Below, piece by piece: positions 8,519-18,745 of a stretch of DNA of 37,804 nt. Where the stretch lies: positions 1 to 37,804 of the IMG/VR virus record IMGVR_UViG_3300016657_000052, one strand, 5' to 3'. The position numbers were made by a program, and so were the translations under genes. Source of the stretch: a virus. Its lineage: Duplodnaviria > Caudoviricetes. The first letter of the stretch is position 1, and each line of letters begins with the position of its first letter. Under the pieces are notes generated by a model. The model ran no database searches. It had not been told where the DNA came from and saw only the letters and a program-made list of their open reading frames with translations.

Positions 8519-11500
8519 ATGGCTAAGCAAAAGAAACTTCAAATTGATGACCTGGGTGCTGATGATCTTGATTTTGACATGGGCGATTTCGATTTCGATC
8601 TTAACCCTGAAAAAGATAATCGTAATCCCGCTATGCGTGCTGCATCTGCAGCATTGCTTAGCATCAAAGGTGGTGTCAGCGAACCTAGCTTTATAGCAAA
8701 ACTAGTCAAGAATGCCTTGCCGTCAGAGTTCGGCACAGCACTCGATATGACTGATCAGGCAGCTAGCGGTCTTCGGGATCTATACAATACCGCTGCTACT
8801 GAACTTAAGCCGGTTGTGCGTGATGTAAAGCGCACCACTGAAAAGCTAATGTCGGTAGTTGGCGATAAGCTTCCGGGCCCAGTGACAAAGCGTCTAACGG
8901 AGTGGAGTCGCAGCGAAACTGTAAACTCTTATAAGAAGTTTGATGCTCAGGAAAGTATGATCAATACGACCCTGGCACAGATCTTCAAGACGCAACAAGA
9001 AGTAGAACAGCTCCGGGAAAACGAACACCGTGTAAACGATGCTGTTCGGGATACCATTGAGCTGGGTCGGTTTAAAGCCAACTTCTCTCAACTGAATGAA
9101 ATTCGGATGGGGGTAACAGCGCTTACGGCATACCAACAAAATATTGGTGCTAACTTCCAACGTAAGTCATTGGAACTGCAGTACCGTCAGTATTTTGTTT
9201 TGGCTGAATTGTTGGCCAACACTAAGAACAATAATGAACGCATGCGCGATGAGATGAAGGCACTTATCGAGAATACTGATAAGCCTGAGTTCATTAAGCA
9301 AGAAAATCCAGAGTACCTGAAAATTGCACGTCGCAATCAATTCATGGGTACGATTAAGAAAAGCCTATTCGGTCGTGATGGCGATTTCATTAAGAACCTT
9401 ACTGACGATCTAGTAAAGCGTGGTAAGGAAAAGCTGGGTGAGTTTAAGAACACTGCCTTTGACATGATCGGTGCGGCCGACATGGGTCTTGACCAATACA
9501 AGATGGCACAAGATCTGGGTATGGATCAAGATGTTGACCCATATGCCGTCGGTGGTTCCATGGGCGGGATGCTGTTGTTGGACCGTTATGGTCCTAAGTT
9601 CTCTGCATGGGTAAAGAAGAAGCTGGAAGATAACCCCCAAATCATGAAGGGGGCAAATAAAACAGCTTACATCGCAGCTAACCTGCCACGTCTACTCAAA
9701 GAGTACGCTACATCTGAAACCAAAGACCCACTCAGCTGGAAGGGTAAGATCTTGGGTGGTGCTAAAGAAATCTTGGCAGCACAATTTGGTCGCTCCAGTA
9801 AGATGCAGGTGGACTCAGCAGAGACACTACAAGAAGGTAGTATCTTCACGCGTCAATCGAATCGTACTTTGAATGAAGTGATCCCTGGCTATCTTGCTAG
9901 GATCTTCCGTGAGCTGCAGGTGATGCGTACGGGTAACGATAAGATTGATCTAACTACCTTTGACCACGATGCTGGTCGGTTCAGTAAGTCGGCTGATATG
10001 AAGTCATCGATCATCGGCGGCATGTTTGGTTCATCGCAACGGCAACGTTTGGATGACCAACGTGATAACTTGATCAGCATGATTGACCCGAACGGCAAAA
10101 AGCTGTCAAAAGAAGATCGGGAAGAATTGTTCCGTTTCCTGCTTCGGGACAATATGGACCTGAACCAGATGAGTCGGGAACGTCTGTCCAATAAGAGTAC
10201 CTTTAAGGGCATGGACGCTAAGCAGGCTGAGAAGTTTGCTACCGTCTTTAGCGAACACTTTAGTGACGACGACAGCGGCAAGAAACAGCTGGACTTTAGT
10301 ATACAGGCTAACTCAATTGGCGATGGCTTGACTGTCGACTATGAACGTATTCAAAACCTAATTAACTTGGGCTATGGTTCGTTCCTGGTGGATGCAGGAC
10401 TCATTGATTCTGAAGGTAGTGTCAATGAGAAGGCCATCTTACAGATGTATCTGGATGGCGAAAAAGAGTACGCAGGTGATTACGGTCTTCCTGGGTCGCG
10501 AGGTATGGGCGGTAATGTACGCACTACTGTCACGAATGACATCGTGAGTCACGTGATCATGAATGGTCCGCGCGGTAAACAGAAAAGTCGTCGCAAAGTC
10601 AAGATGAATCGTGGTGCTAATCGCCATACACCTAAGACTGCTGGCGCCGATGCGGTTAATTCATTTGTTCCGCAAACACAAGCATCTCCAGTAGCGCCTC
10701 CACCCAGCGCTCCAGTATTGTACGCTGCCGGCGGTGCTAGCAGCGTCCAAAGCGATGCTCGTAACTTTAAAGACAATAACTGCGAATGCTTCGATGACAT
10801 TGTTAAAGCTATTGAAAAGAATAGTGTCAAAGAAGAGACCATGCAAATCCGCGATATGATCGGTGCGATTGGCATGATGTTGAATCGTGGTATCCGTACG
10901 TATACTGCCGGTGAAGCGGGTGGTGTAGGTGAGGAAGACATTCCTTGGTATGATCAGACGTTGTCTCAATTGTTCCGCAGTGGCGTACGTGGCGGTGCAC
11001 GAGCAATGGGTAAAGCATTCCAGTGGGTGGGTAAGAAACGTCAACAAGTTACTGAGCTGGCTAAAGATGCACTTGGTGCAGCTGGCGCATTAGGCAAGCA
11101 AGGTCTCGAGAAAGCAGTCAAGTTTGGTAAGTTCCTGCGTAAGCGTGGGGCTGATATCATGATTGAAGGTCGTATGTCGGCAATCATGACTGCTGACATG
11201 ATTCGGAATGGCGAATATATCGACGTCAATACTGGCAAGATTATTAAAGACATTACCGATATCACTGGCGAGGTGCGTAACCGGGCCGGTGAGATTATCA
11301 TGACGGCAGAACAAGCCAAACGGGCCTATGTTCGTGGGACGATTGGTGTTAAGCTGCTTCGTGGTTTGACCAAGTTGAAAGACGCTGCCGGTGAAATGGC
11401 AGATCGCGTTAGGGGCGGTGCAGGTATCGCACTGAGTATCGCCCGCCATGGCCTGAGTAAGGGTAAGGAATTGCTCTTTGACGCGCTGGATCGTCCGATT

Positions 11501-14500
11501 GATATTTACGTGAAAGGCGATCTTGAAACCCCAGTAATGACAGCTATTCAGATGCGAGGCGGTAATTATGTCTCGCGGACATCTGGGCGAAAAGTGACTA
11601 AACCATCGATGATTGATGGTGTTATTGAAAACCTAGATGGTGAAGTAGTGCTGTCTGAAGAGCAGATCAAGAAAGGTATTGTCGATCGTAATGGTCGGCC
11701 TATCCGAACCGGTCTTCCCAAGCTTGCCGAGTTGGTAGGTCGTGGTCTGCTTTACATGGGCGGTAAACTGCGCAATGGCCTGAAACGCATGTCTAATGCC
11801 GTGGGTTCTATCTTTGGTGGACTTGGTGATTTCTTTAAAGGTTGGTTTAGTCCTGATGGGATTATCTTCGCTGGCGGTAAGAAAATGCTTAGCGCAGTTG
11901 AAGAGATTCGTGACATCCTGAAAGAACGTCTACCTGAGCATCGTAGGATTCGTAAAGGTAGTGTGGAAGATCAGGAAAATCGCCGGAAGGAAAAGAAGGC
12001 TGAAGAAGAACGTAAGAGTGGCGATAAGTCGGAGACTGCTAAAACAGGTGGTATCCTCGCTGGTCTGAAAGGGCTCTTTAGTCTCAACAAAGATAAGGAA
12101 AAGGATGATGAAGATGAAGAAGATGGTGATAGCAAGTTTTCTATACTTGGCGACGCACTTGACTACCTTGGCGACACGAAAATCGGGCGTGGTGCTAGGA
12201 AGCTTGGTCGAGGTGCCAAGGCCGTTGCAAAAGGCGGGCTAAAAGCCGGTAAGTATGCGGGTAAGAGTGTACTTGGCGCTGGTAAGATGGGTGTCAAAGG
12301 TGCCGTGGGTGCTGGTAAGATGGGTCTTGGTCTAGCCAGTAAAGTCGGACTGGGTGCAGGGGCAAAACTTCTAGGTGGTGCAGGCGCTGCGTATGGTGCT
12401 TACGAAACCTACAATGATATCCGTGAAGGCAATTACGGTGATGCTGTCATTGATGGTGGTTTGACCCTGGCTGGTTTGGGTATGACTGGTCTAACCCTAG
12501 GTGGCCTTTCGGCTACCGGTATCATGGGTGGCGTGGCTGCAGGTATTGGCGCAGCATTGAGCGCACCTGTTCTATTAGGTGCGGCTGCCGTAGCTGCAGT
12601 TGGCTATGGTGGTTACAAGCTCTATAAGAACTTCTCCAATAAGCTAGGTTTGTTTGACAAACTTCGCTATGCTCAATACGGTTTCCTACCGGATGAGAAC
12701 GAGTACTATGCTCGTATTCGGAAATTGGAAGATGCTTGTTATGCGTCACTGGATGTGGATGGTGAACGTGCAGCCATTACCGAGAAGAACCTGAAGATTA
12801 AGGATATCGCCGATAGCTTTAATGTGGACTTGAATGATGAGAAACAAGTTACTCAATTCATCGACTGGTTCCGTAAACGCTTTAAGCCAGTATTCTTGAC
12901 TCACGTCACTGCATTGCTGAAGATTAGGCCGGAAGTAAAACTTACTGAAGTTGAAAGTAAGCTAACGCCGACTGAACAACTGAAGTACTTGCAGTTGGTG
13001 CGTTTCGGTGAAGGTCCGTACAGCTACCTCGTACCTCCTACTCCTGACATGAAAGAACTCAAGGCCAATGGTAAAACAGTGGAAGCTGTTTACCAAGAAA
13101 TTCAGGCAGAGCTTAAGAAGCGTCAGGATAAAGAAGGCAAAAAAGAAGTCGGTGCTCCGGCAAGCGCTGCGCCTGCTAAGGCGGCAGCGGCTGGTGCAGC
13201 GGCTGGGGCTGCTACGGTAGCAGCTAAGAAACCACCCTTGGCAAATACCACTCTTGCCGACACACTCAATGCCCAAACTGGTAAAGGCAGCAATGACTAC
13301 AGCACTATTGGTGCAGATGGCTTTAAAGCTACGAGTGCCTTGCTGGTAGTAGCTGGTAGTGCAGAGCCATTGGTCCAAACTGCTAATGGTCGAATTGATG
13401 CGCTGACCGCCATTCGTTTCAAAGCGTATGGTCTCATTGAAATGGAAGCCACGAAGATTCAAGCGTTGGCTGCTTTGGAAAATGAGGTACAAAAGTCAGT
13501 TAAGCTTAACTCGGCTAAGAAAGCAGAATGGTCTGGTGTAGGTGAAGAAATCGCCATGAAGATGGCGACTAGCTTTGGGGTAGACGTTACCAATAAGGCT
13601 AAGTTGGGTATGTGGTCTCGCTGGTTGCAACTGCGTTTCCTGCCTACATATTTGAACTTTGTCACACTCGTATCTTCACTGACCAATAAGTTGGATCCTG
13701 TTATCGGCACCAAAGGTATGAAAGCCGAGAATATGGTAAGCGTGGCAATGGGTATCATTGCAACTACCAACGGTCAAGGCACGCCTGTATGGGCAGTGTC
13801 GTTTAGTCCATGGCCTGGTTATACCCTTAACAAGACCATCTCGTCGACTGATGAAAACCTAAGCGGTTTGAAAAAGCAGATGAGTTCTGAGACGAAGACC
13901 GAAGAGAAGAGTAAGACAGGTAATGCCAAGGACGATCAAAAGTCGAAATTGGAAGGTACCGGTGGGGGTTCGGCTGAAGAGAAGAAAGAGCTGTCTATAA
14001 TGGACCGCGTCTCGAATGGTCTTAAGTCTGGTTGGGATGCAGTCAAGTCTGGTATTAGTAAAGCCGGTGATATGGTAAGCAATGCCGCTAGTGCAGTTAA
14101 AGATGGAGTAACTAGCGCAGGCAAAGCTGTATTGACAGAGTACTCTAATATCACGGCACCAAATGGTGCTGGTGCAGCTGCTATCAAAGCGTTCCTTGAG
14201 AATTTCGCACCAAAAACTAAAGGACCGATTAAACCAACTAGAGCTGATAGAAACAATAACCCTGGTAACGTCATCTCTAATAAATGGACAGCCGGGCTAC
14301 CTGGTTACAAAGGTAGCGACGGTCGTTTTGCTATTTTTGATACACCAGAACATGGCTTCGATGCGCAGGTGAAAGTTCTTACCGGTTACCTTAAAAAGGG
14401 TATTAATACACTTCGTACGATTATTTCGAAGTACGCGCCGGCGTTTGAGAACGATACATCAGGTTATATCAATGGTGTTGCTAAAAAGATTGGTATTGGG

Positions 14501-15196
14501 CCTGATGATTTAGTTAGACCAGAACTGCTGCCTAAAATCGCAGCAGCAATGTCGACTATTGAAGGTTTCCATGGTCTTAATCTAAGACCTGGGTCTGGCG
14601 GTGCGGCAGCACCCAAGTCTGCTTCTCAGCCAGCCAAGCCAACGACGCCTCCTGCACAGCAAGCTCAATCGGCTAAGAAAACAGCACCACCTACTTCCCA
14701 ATTGGTGGAGTCTAAACCACCAGTTGGTGCTGTTCCGGCAGCTACTACTCCGGCAGCTAAACCGCCGGTAGCAGTCGCTCCAGCCAGTACGGCAAGCAAA
14801 ACACCTGCTAAAGCACCCGCTGTGGCTGCTCCGCCGCCCGCTGCGCCATCTTTGGGTAACTCATCTGACGTTGGCTATGCTCCAGCGACGGCGCCCGTAG
14901 CGGCCGTTTCTGCGGCAAAGAGGACTAATGATGGAACTGGCCTTGGTCAAGTGACAGATCTGTTAAGTCAGTCTGTTAATGTACAAACAGCGGCACACAA
15001 GACACTTGTGAGTATTCTGAATGTACTGATGAAAGCGACCAATCTGCCATCTGTAGGGGAACAAAAAAGAGGCACCAACACGCCGGTTAATGGCAATGCC
15101 AATGAGGCACCGCCAGCAGCGCAAGGTAAGTCGATTAAACGTAACCCACAGACGCTACCTAAAGCACCCGTAGATGTGTCTAAAACGGAATTTTAA
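8519..15196 (+). CDS. Large tail-associated peptidoglycan hydrolase / tape-measure-like protein (phiKZ gp181-like)
   Basis: About 2,225 aa from ATG 8519 (GGGAG RBS upstream), divergent from beta' as in phiKZ-like phages. Has a coiled-coil N-terminus, a Gly/Ala-rich hydrophobic segment, an RNNNPGN...YAP..EN...IEG lysozyme-like domain and a Pro/Ala-rich tail. Confidence 0.8.
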   Translation: MAKQKKLQIDDLGADDLDFDMGDFDFDLNPEKDNRNPAMRAASAALLSIKGGVSEPSFIAKLVKNALPSEFGTALDMTDQAASGLRDLYNTAATELKPVVRDVKRTTEKLMSVVGDKLPGPVTKRLTEWSRSETVNSYKKFDAQESMINTTLAQIFKTQQEVEQLRENEHRVNDAVRDTIELGRFKANFSQLNEIRMGVTALTAYQQNIGANFQRKSLELQYRQYFVLAELLANTKNNNERMRDEMKALIENTDKPEFIKQENPEYLKIARRNQFMGTIKKSLFGRDGDFIKNLTDDLVKRGKEKLGEFKNTAFDMIGAADMGLDQYKMAQDLGMDQDVDPYAVGGSMGGMLLLDRYGPKFSAWVKKKLEDNPQIMKGANKTAYIAANLPRLLKEYATSETKDPLSWKGKILGGAKEILAAQFGRSSKMQVDSAETLQEGSIFTRQSNRTLNEVIPGYLARIFRELQVMRTGNDKIDLTTFDHDAGRFSKSADMKSSIIGGMFGSSQRQRLDDQRDNLISMIDPNGKKLSKEDREELFRFLLRDNMDLNQMSRERLSNKSTFKGMDAKQAEKFATVFSEHFSDDDSGKKQLDFSIQANSIGDGLTVDYERIQNLINLGYGSFLVDAGLIDSEGSVNEKAILQMYLDGEKEYAGDYGLPGSRGMGGNVRTTVTNDIVSHVIMNGPRGKQKSRRKVKMNRGANRHTPKTAGADAVNSFVPQTQASPVAPPPSAPVLYAAGGASSVQSDARNFKDNNCECFDDIVKAIEKNSVKEETMQIRDMIGAIGMMLNRGIRTYTAGEAGGVGEEDIPWYDQTLSQLFRSGVRGGARAMGKAFQWVGKKRQQVTELAKDALGAAGALGKQGLEKAVKFGKFLRKRGADIMIEGRMSAIMTADMIRNGEYIDVNTGKIIKDITDITGEVRNRAGEIIMTAEQAKRAYVRGTIGVKLLRGLTKLKDAAGEMADRVRGGAGIALSIARHGLSKGKELLFDALDRPIDIYVKGDLETPVMTAIQMRGGNYVSRTSGRKVTKPSMIDGVIENLDGEVVLSEEQIKKGIVDRNGRPIRTGLPKLAELVGRGLLYMGGKLRNGLKRMSNAVGSIFGGLGDFFKGWFSPDGIIFAGGKKMLSAVEEIRDILKERLPEHRRIRKGSVEDQENRRKEKKAEEERKSGDKSETAKTGGILAGLKGLFSLNKDKEKDDEDEEDGDSKFSILGDALDYLGDTKIGRGARKLGRGAKAVAKGGLKAGKYAGKSVLGAGKMGVKGAVGAGKMGLGLASKVGLGAGAKLLGGAGAAYGAYETYNDIREGNYGDAVIDGGLTLAGLGMTGLTLGGLSATGIMGGVAAGIGAALSAPVLLGAAAVAAVGYGGYKLYKNFSNKLGLFDKLRYAQYGFLPDENEYYARIRKLEDACYASLDVDGERAAITEKNLKIKDIADSFNVDLNDEKQVTQFIDWFRKRFKPVFLTHVTALLKIRPEVKLTEVESKLTPTEQLKYLQLVRFGEGPYSYLVPPTPDMKELKANGKTVEAVYQEIQAELKKRQDKEGKKEVGAPASAAPAKAAAAGAAAGAATVAAKKPPLANTTLADTLNAQTGKGSNDYSTIGADGFKATSALLVVAGSAEPLVQTANGRIDALTAIRFKAYGLIEMEATKIQALAALENEVQKSVKLNSAKKAEWSGVGEEIAMKMATSFGVDVTNKAKLGMWSRWLQLRFLPTYLNFVTLVSSLTNKLDPVIGTKGMKAENMVSVAMGIIATTNGQGTPVWAVSFSPWPGYTLNKTISSTDENLSGLKKQMSSETKTEEKSKTGNAKDDQKSKLEGTGGGSAEEKKELSIMDRVSNGLKSGWDAVKSGISKAGDMVSNAASAVKDGVTSAGKAVLTEYSNITAPNGAGAAAIKAFLENFAPKTKGPIKPTRADRNNNPGNVISNKWTAGLPGYKGSDGRFAIFDTPEHGFDAQVKVLTGYLKKGINTLRTIISKYAPAFENDTSGYINGVAKKIGIGPDDLVRPELLPKIAAAMSTIEGFHGLNLRPGSGGAAAPKSASQPAKPTTPPAQQAQSAKKTAPPTSQLVESKPPVGAVPAATTPAAKPPVAVAPASTASKTPAKAPAVAAPPPAAPSLGNSSDVGYAPATAPVAAVSAAKRTNDGTGLGQVTDLLSQSVNVQTAAHKTLVSILNVLMKATNLPSVGEQKRGTNTPVNGNANEAPPAAQGKSIKRNPQTLPKAPVDVSKTEF

Positions 15197-15202
15197 TGTA
15201 TA

Positions 15203-15226
15203 GCCCCAGGGGGAAACCTCTGGGGC
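15203..15226 (+). terminator. GC-rich hairpin / putative intrinsic terminator or processing site
   Basis: GCCCCAGGGG-GAAA-CCTCTGGGGC right after the stop codon, with a weak pyrimidine tail. Confidence 0.55.
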
Positions 15227-15247
15227 CTCTTCTTTAAAGAGGTTTCT

Positions 15248-17302
15248 ATGTCTACTGCAATTGCGCGGGCAATCAGGGACCGGGATTGGGTGAAACGTTC
15301 TTTTCTGGTTGCGAATAGAGACTTGGATCCCAAGGATAACAAGTATCGTTTCTTCAGTACAGCCGCAATGAAGTTTACCGATACAACACCCGGCGGCAAC
15401 TTTGAAATTAACCCACTACCGCAGTTCACTAAGTATTGTGATTTGCCACCCCCAACCAATAGTCGTTTGATTGGCAGTCAGGGTATGGGGCGTTTCTATA
15501 GTGAAGTCTTTGATGACAACAGCCAACGTATTCACATGCGTTTTGGCGTACCCCAATTCAATAGCCTGACCACATTCTTCACAGGCTTTTATAACATCAA
15601 TGCTGGCCGGCTGGCACGGACCGGTCGTTCTCCTGGCCTGGCATTTACCTTGGGTAAGTTGGCTGGCATGGCTGTGCCGTTCTTCTTTCCCCAATTGCTT
15701 GTAATTGGTTTAGTAGGTGCCGGTGCTCGCATGGCCTTGGATAAACCTAGTAGTAAGTACTACTTTTTGAAACCTACTATGCCTTTGTATTGGCATGCTG
15801 TCCAGACCATGGTTAACAACATCGCCGTAAATACGGGTATTGTGCCACGGTTGTTGGGGGTAGATGCAGCCAAGAAGTTTAACCCCAATTATCAGTTCGG
15901 TGGTCCAGAGAGTCCGGAAGCACAAAAACTACACAACCTCCTGCCTGATATTTTTACTAAAGGCGGTACCATCAATGTGTACGCCATGGCTAACCGGGCA
16001 GCACGTTTGGCAGAAGCGCAAGAAAAAGTAATGGCTGCGGCTTCTGATACTGATTCGCCACTAGACAGTCTCATCAAGGTATTCTCCCCAACCAACTATG
16101 TCTCGGCCAAACCTGCAGATTGGGATCGATACATGCAGTCTTGGATAAATGGGGCGACATTTGGTAAAGATTCAGGACCTGGTTCTAGTCTAGGTGATCT
16201 GAAAAAACCAAATGCCGATCTTGATGGTCAAGAAAGCTGGGGTCGGGAAGCAAAAGAAGAGGCAAAGAAGGATCCAGGCTTCTTGGATTTCTTTAAAGCT
16301 GAAGCTGATGATGGCTCTGCTTTTGCCACCTTCCGAGTGAACTACACCGGTCCAATGAACGAAAGCTTCACCAATACGGCGGGTGATTCGGAAATTGCCG
16401 GCAAGATTAACGGCATGGCCTCTCAAGGTCGTCAGACTAACTTCACATTCGGCGGTGGTAACCTAGGTGATGCTGCAGATGGTCCCCTTGGTGCTGTTAT
16501 GTCGATCCTAGAAGGGGTCATGGGTACAGCCAAGGATTTCTTGTCCGGTGTTGGTGAAGGTCTTGGTGTTGCTGGTTTGGGTGTTTTGGCTGGCGGTGCG
16601 TTTGTTGATATTCCGAAGTATTGGCAAAGTTCCACTGCACAGTTACCCCGTGCTAACTACACCATCAACTTGTCTACTCCGTATAACAATCCGATCTCTC
16701 GTCTGATCAACATCCATATCCCATTGTGTATGTTGTTGGCAGGTGCATTGCCATTGTCCACTGGTCGTCAGTCTTACACAAGTCCCTTTTTGTGTGAGAT
16801 CTATGACAAGGGTCGTTGCCAGACGCGCCTTGGCATGATCGATAGTATCTCTATTACTCGTGGTACAGGTAATACGGGATTTAACGCTGACGGCATGGCA
16901 ATGGGTGTGGACGTTACCTTCTCGGTGTTGGATTTATCCTCGGTATTGCATATGCCGATCACCGCTGCCTTTAACCATCAGTATACTGATGCATTGGGTT
17001 CCCTTGACCCTACAGGGGCGTTGACCACAGCAGGTATGTTGATGGATACTGCCGCTGGCGCAGTTAGTGGTATTGGTAGTCTGTTTGACGATGAGACTGC
17101 GTTTAGTGATTACATGGCAGTACTGAGTAGTATGGGCTTGCGTGATCAGACTTATGGCTGGCCTAAGTTCAAACTGCGCATGACTCGCCTAGCAACTCAA
17201 TGGGAAACTTGGTTGAGTCCCGCCCATTACGCTAGTGTGATGGGTGACGCTATTCCTGGTCGTATGTTGTCATTGCTTTACGCAGGTACTGTTCGTAACT
17301 AA
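15248..17302 (+). CDS. Virion tail/baseplate protein (phiKZ gp182-like)
   Basis: 684 aa with a GAGG RBS. Motifs KFTDTTPGGN...INPLPQFT, RFGVPQFNSL and YTSPFLC..YDKGR are recalled from the conserved gene that follows gp181 homologues. Confidence 0.7.
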   Translation: MSTAIARAIRDRDWVKRSFLVANRDLDPKDNKYRFFSTAAMKFTDTTPGGNFEINPLPQFTKYCDLPPPTNSRLIGSQGMGRFYSEVFDDNSQRIHMRFGVPQFNSLTTFFTGFYNINAGRLARTGRSPGLAFTLGKLAGMAVPFFFPQLLVIGLVGAGARMALDKPSSKYYFLKPTMPLYWHAVQTMVNNIAVNTGIVPRLLGVDAAKKFNPNYQFGGPESPEAQKLHNLLPDIFTKGGTINVYAMANRAARLAEAQEKVMAAASDTDSPLDSLIKVFSPTNYVSAKPADWDRYMQSWINGATFGKDSGPGSSLGDLKKPNADLDGQESWGREAKEEAKKDPGFLDFFKAEADDGSAFATFRVNYTGPMNESFTNTAGDSEIAGKINGMASQGRQTNFTFGGGNLGDAADGPLGAVMSILEGVMGTAKDFLSGVGEGLGVAGLGVLAGGAFVDIPKYWQSSTAQLPRANYTINLSTPYNNPISRLINIHIPLCMLLAGALPLSTGRQSYTSPFLCEIYDKGRCQTRLGMIDSISITRGTGNTGFNADGMAMGVDVTFSVLDLSSVLHMPITAAFNHQYTDALGSLDPTGALTTAGMLMDTAAGAVSGIGSLFDDETAFSDYMAVLSSMGLRDQTYGWPKFKLRMTRLATQWETWLSPAHYASVMGDAIPGRMLSLLYAGTVRN

Positions 17303-17304
17303 CG

Positions 17305-17342
17305 GCATATCGCCAGCAGGGGAAACCCCTGCTGGCTTTATG
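17305..17342. terminator. Bidirectional hairpin terminator, CATA/TATG family; near-identical inverted copy at 35017-35053
   Basis: gcatatc-GCCAGCAGGGG-aaa-CCCCTGCTGGC-tttatg between convergent genes. Confidence 0.75.
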
Positions 17343-18677
17343 TCAGGCTGCTAGGTAAAGCGGATTGGTTACACTGTTCTGATTAGCAACATTGTTATTA
17401 ATAACCGTCATCGGGAACTGCTTGCGCAATTCAGCCAATACCGTAGTTGGTTGGAACATGGTGATAAACCCAAGTAGTCGATCGTCGTCAGTAAAACGTT
17501 TAACGTCTTCTGCCATTAGATTCATTGAGCCGTATTTAATCAGCTCTTTAAAATCAGGACTACTGCGAAGCAAAGTACTGATGTCGATCGTGTCGCTACC
17601 ACCTACCGTACTGCGACACCAGTTCTGATTAACAGAACTGAAAGTACTCAAAGTAGAACTATAACGACTGTTCCTATCGATGGAATCGCTGAAGAAAGGT
17701 TTATTGTAGTATTTAGAAATGTCCTCAATTACATTGGGGCAGATCTTCCGTAACTCGTCATTATTCAAAGCCTTGTTAAGATCATTCAAGGCTTCGATGT
17801 CACCAGCACTAATTACCGTAGGTAAGGTACCACCAACTACTTGGTTGATTGGGCTATTGGGTCCGAGCAGATTCAGTACCGATGGAATGGAATTAGGTAC
17901 CCCATTCTTAACACAGGCATTGATCACTGCGCAAGCTTTAGCGGTATCTGCACCGAGGTCAGCTAACTTGAATACTTCGTTGTCGCCAGTATATGTCTTA
18001 AGTAGGTTGCCTACCGCATTGACGTTCTTGAAGTTGGTGGTGGAGACACTACGGTACACAGTACCCACCTTAGCCGTCATGGTAGCAACTTCACCAAGCG
18101 TCTCAAGCGTACTTGGCTCCAAAGTAACGCCAACAGCATTCAATGCATTACCTAGCGCTTTATTGGCTCCCAGTGCCCTTTCCATGATATTGCCATTACC
18201 ACTTGTGATAGCACTTGCTACCCCTTTAATGGCACTGACTGCACCAGTTACGGTTTTAACTGTATTACGTACGGAACGAATGGTGCTTGCTGCGCTTTTA
18301 ACAGCAGCGGATAATGTTTTCAGGCCATTAGAGAAATTATTCTTCAAACTATCGAAGGTGGTTGGCTTAGGCAGGGCATTGCTGATTACATCTTTTTCAG
18401 GGCCGTTATAAACATCTTTGGTGGCGAGCTTATCGTCGGCCCCGCCAACCCAAAGGTTGTTTACAAAGTTAGGTACCTTTTCACTATCGGCACTGTTTTT
18501 GTTGTTACTCCCGCTACTTAGGAGATTACTCAAGGCATCAGCAGTGGCATTATAAGCAGTGGTTACTGCCATTCGCGCTGAGGCTACTCCAGAGTTAATA
18601 GCAGCAGACACTGCGTTCTGTGTGGTACCTACCGAATTGGCGATCGCCTTGGGTGTTTTAGTAGGAAGAATCGACAT
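17343..18677 (-). CDS. Putative virion structural protein
   Basis: 444-aa Ala/Ser/Asn-rich ORF. The GGADDKLATKDVY motif and position resemble conserved phiKZ-like structural proteins. Confidence 0.55.
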   Translation of the reverse strand: MSILPTKTPKAIANSVGTTQNAVSAAINSGVASARMAVTTAYNATADALSNLLSSGSNNKNSADSEKVPNFVNNLWVGGADDKLATKDVYNGPEKDVISNALPKPTTFDSLKNNFSNGLKTLSAAVKSAASTIRSVRNTVKTVTGAVSAIKGVASAITSGNGNIMERALGANKALGNALNAVGVTLEPSTLETLGEVATMTAKVGTVYRSVSTTNFKNVNAVGNLLKTYTGDNEVFKLADLGADTAKACAVINACVKNGVPNSIPSVLNLLGPNSPINQVVGGTLPTVISAGDIEALNDLNKALNNDELRKICPNVIEDISKYYNKPFFSDSIDRNSRYSSTLSTFSSVNQNWCRSTVGGSDTIDISTLLRSSPDFKELIKYGSMNLMAEDVKRFTDDDRLLGFITMFQPTTVLAELRKQFPMTVINNNVANQNSVTNPLYLAA

Positions 18678-18694
18678 TTTCTAGTATCTCTCGC

Positions 18695-18727
18695 AAAAAA
18701 AAAAGAGCCCGGTGAGGGGCTCTTTTT
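18695..18727. terminator. Rho-independent terminator (strong on the minus strand)
   Basis: A10-GAGCCC-ggtgag-GGGCTC-T5. On the minus strand the hairpin is followed by U10, just after the stop of 18746..19324. Confidence 0.75.
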
Positions 18728-18745
18728 CGCTCTGCGAAACAGACA

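Noticed and set aside
12180-12620. Short repeats (gctggtaagatgggt twice) in the large tail gene as a possible array
   Set aside because: They are in-frame Gly/Lys/Ala low-complexity coding repeats, with no spacer structure or cas genes.
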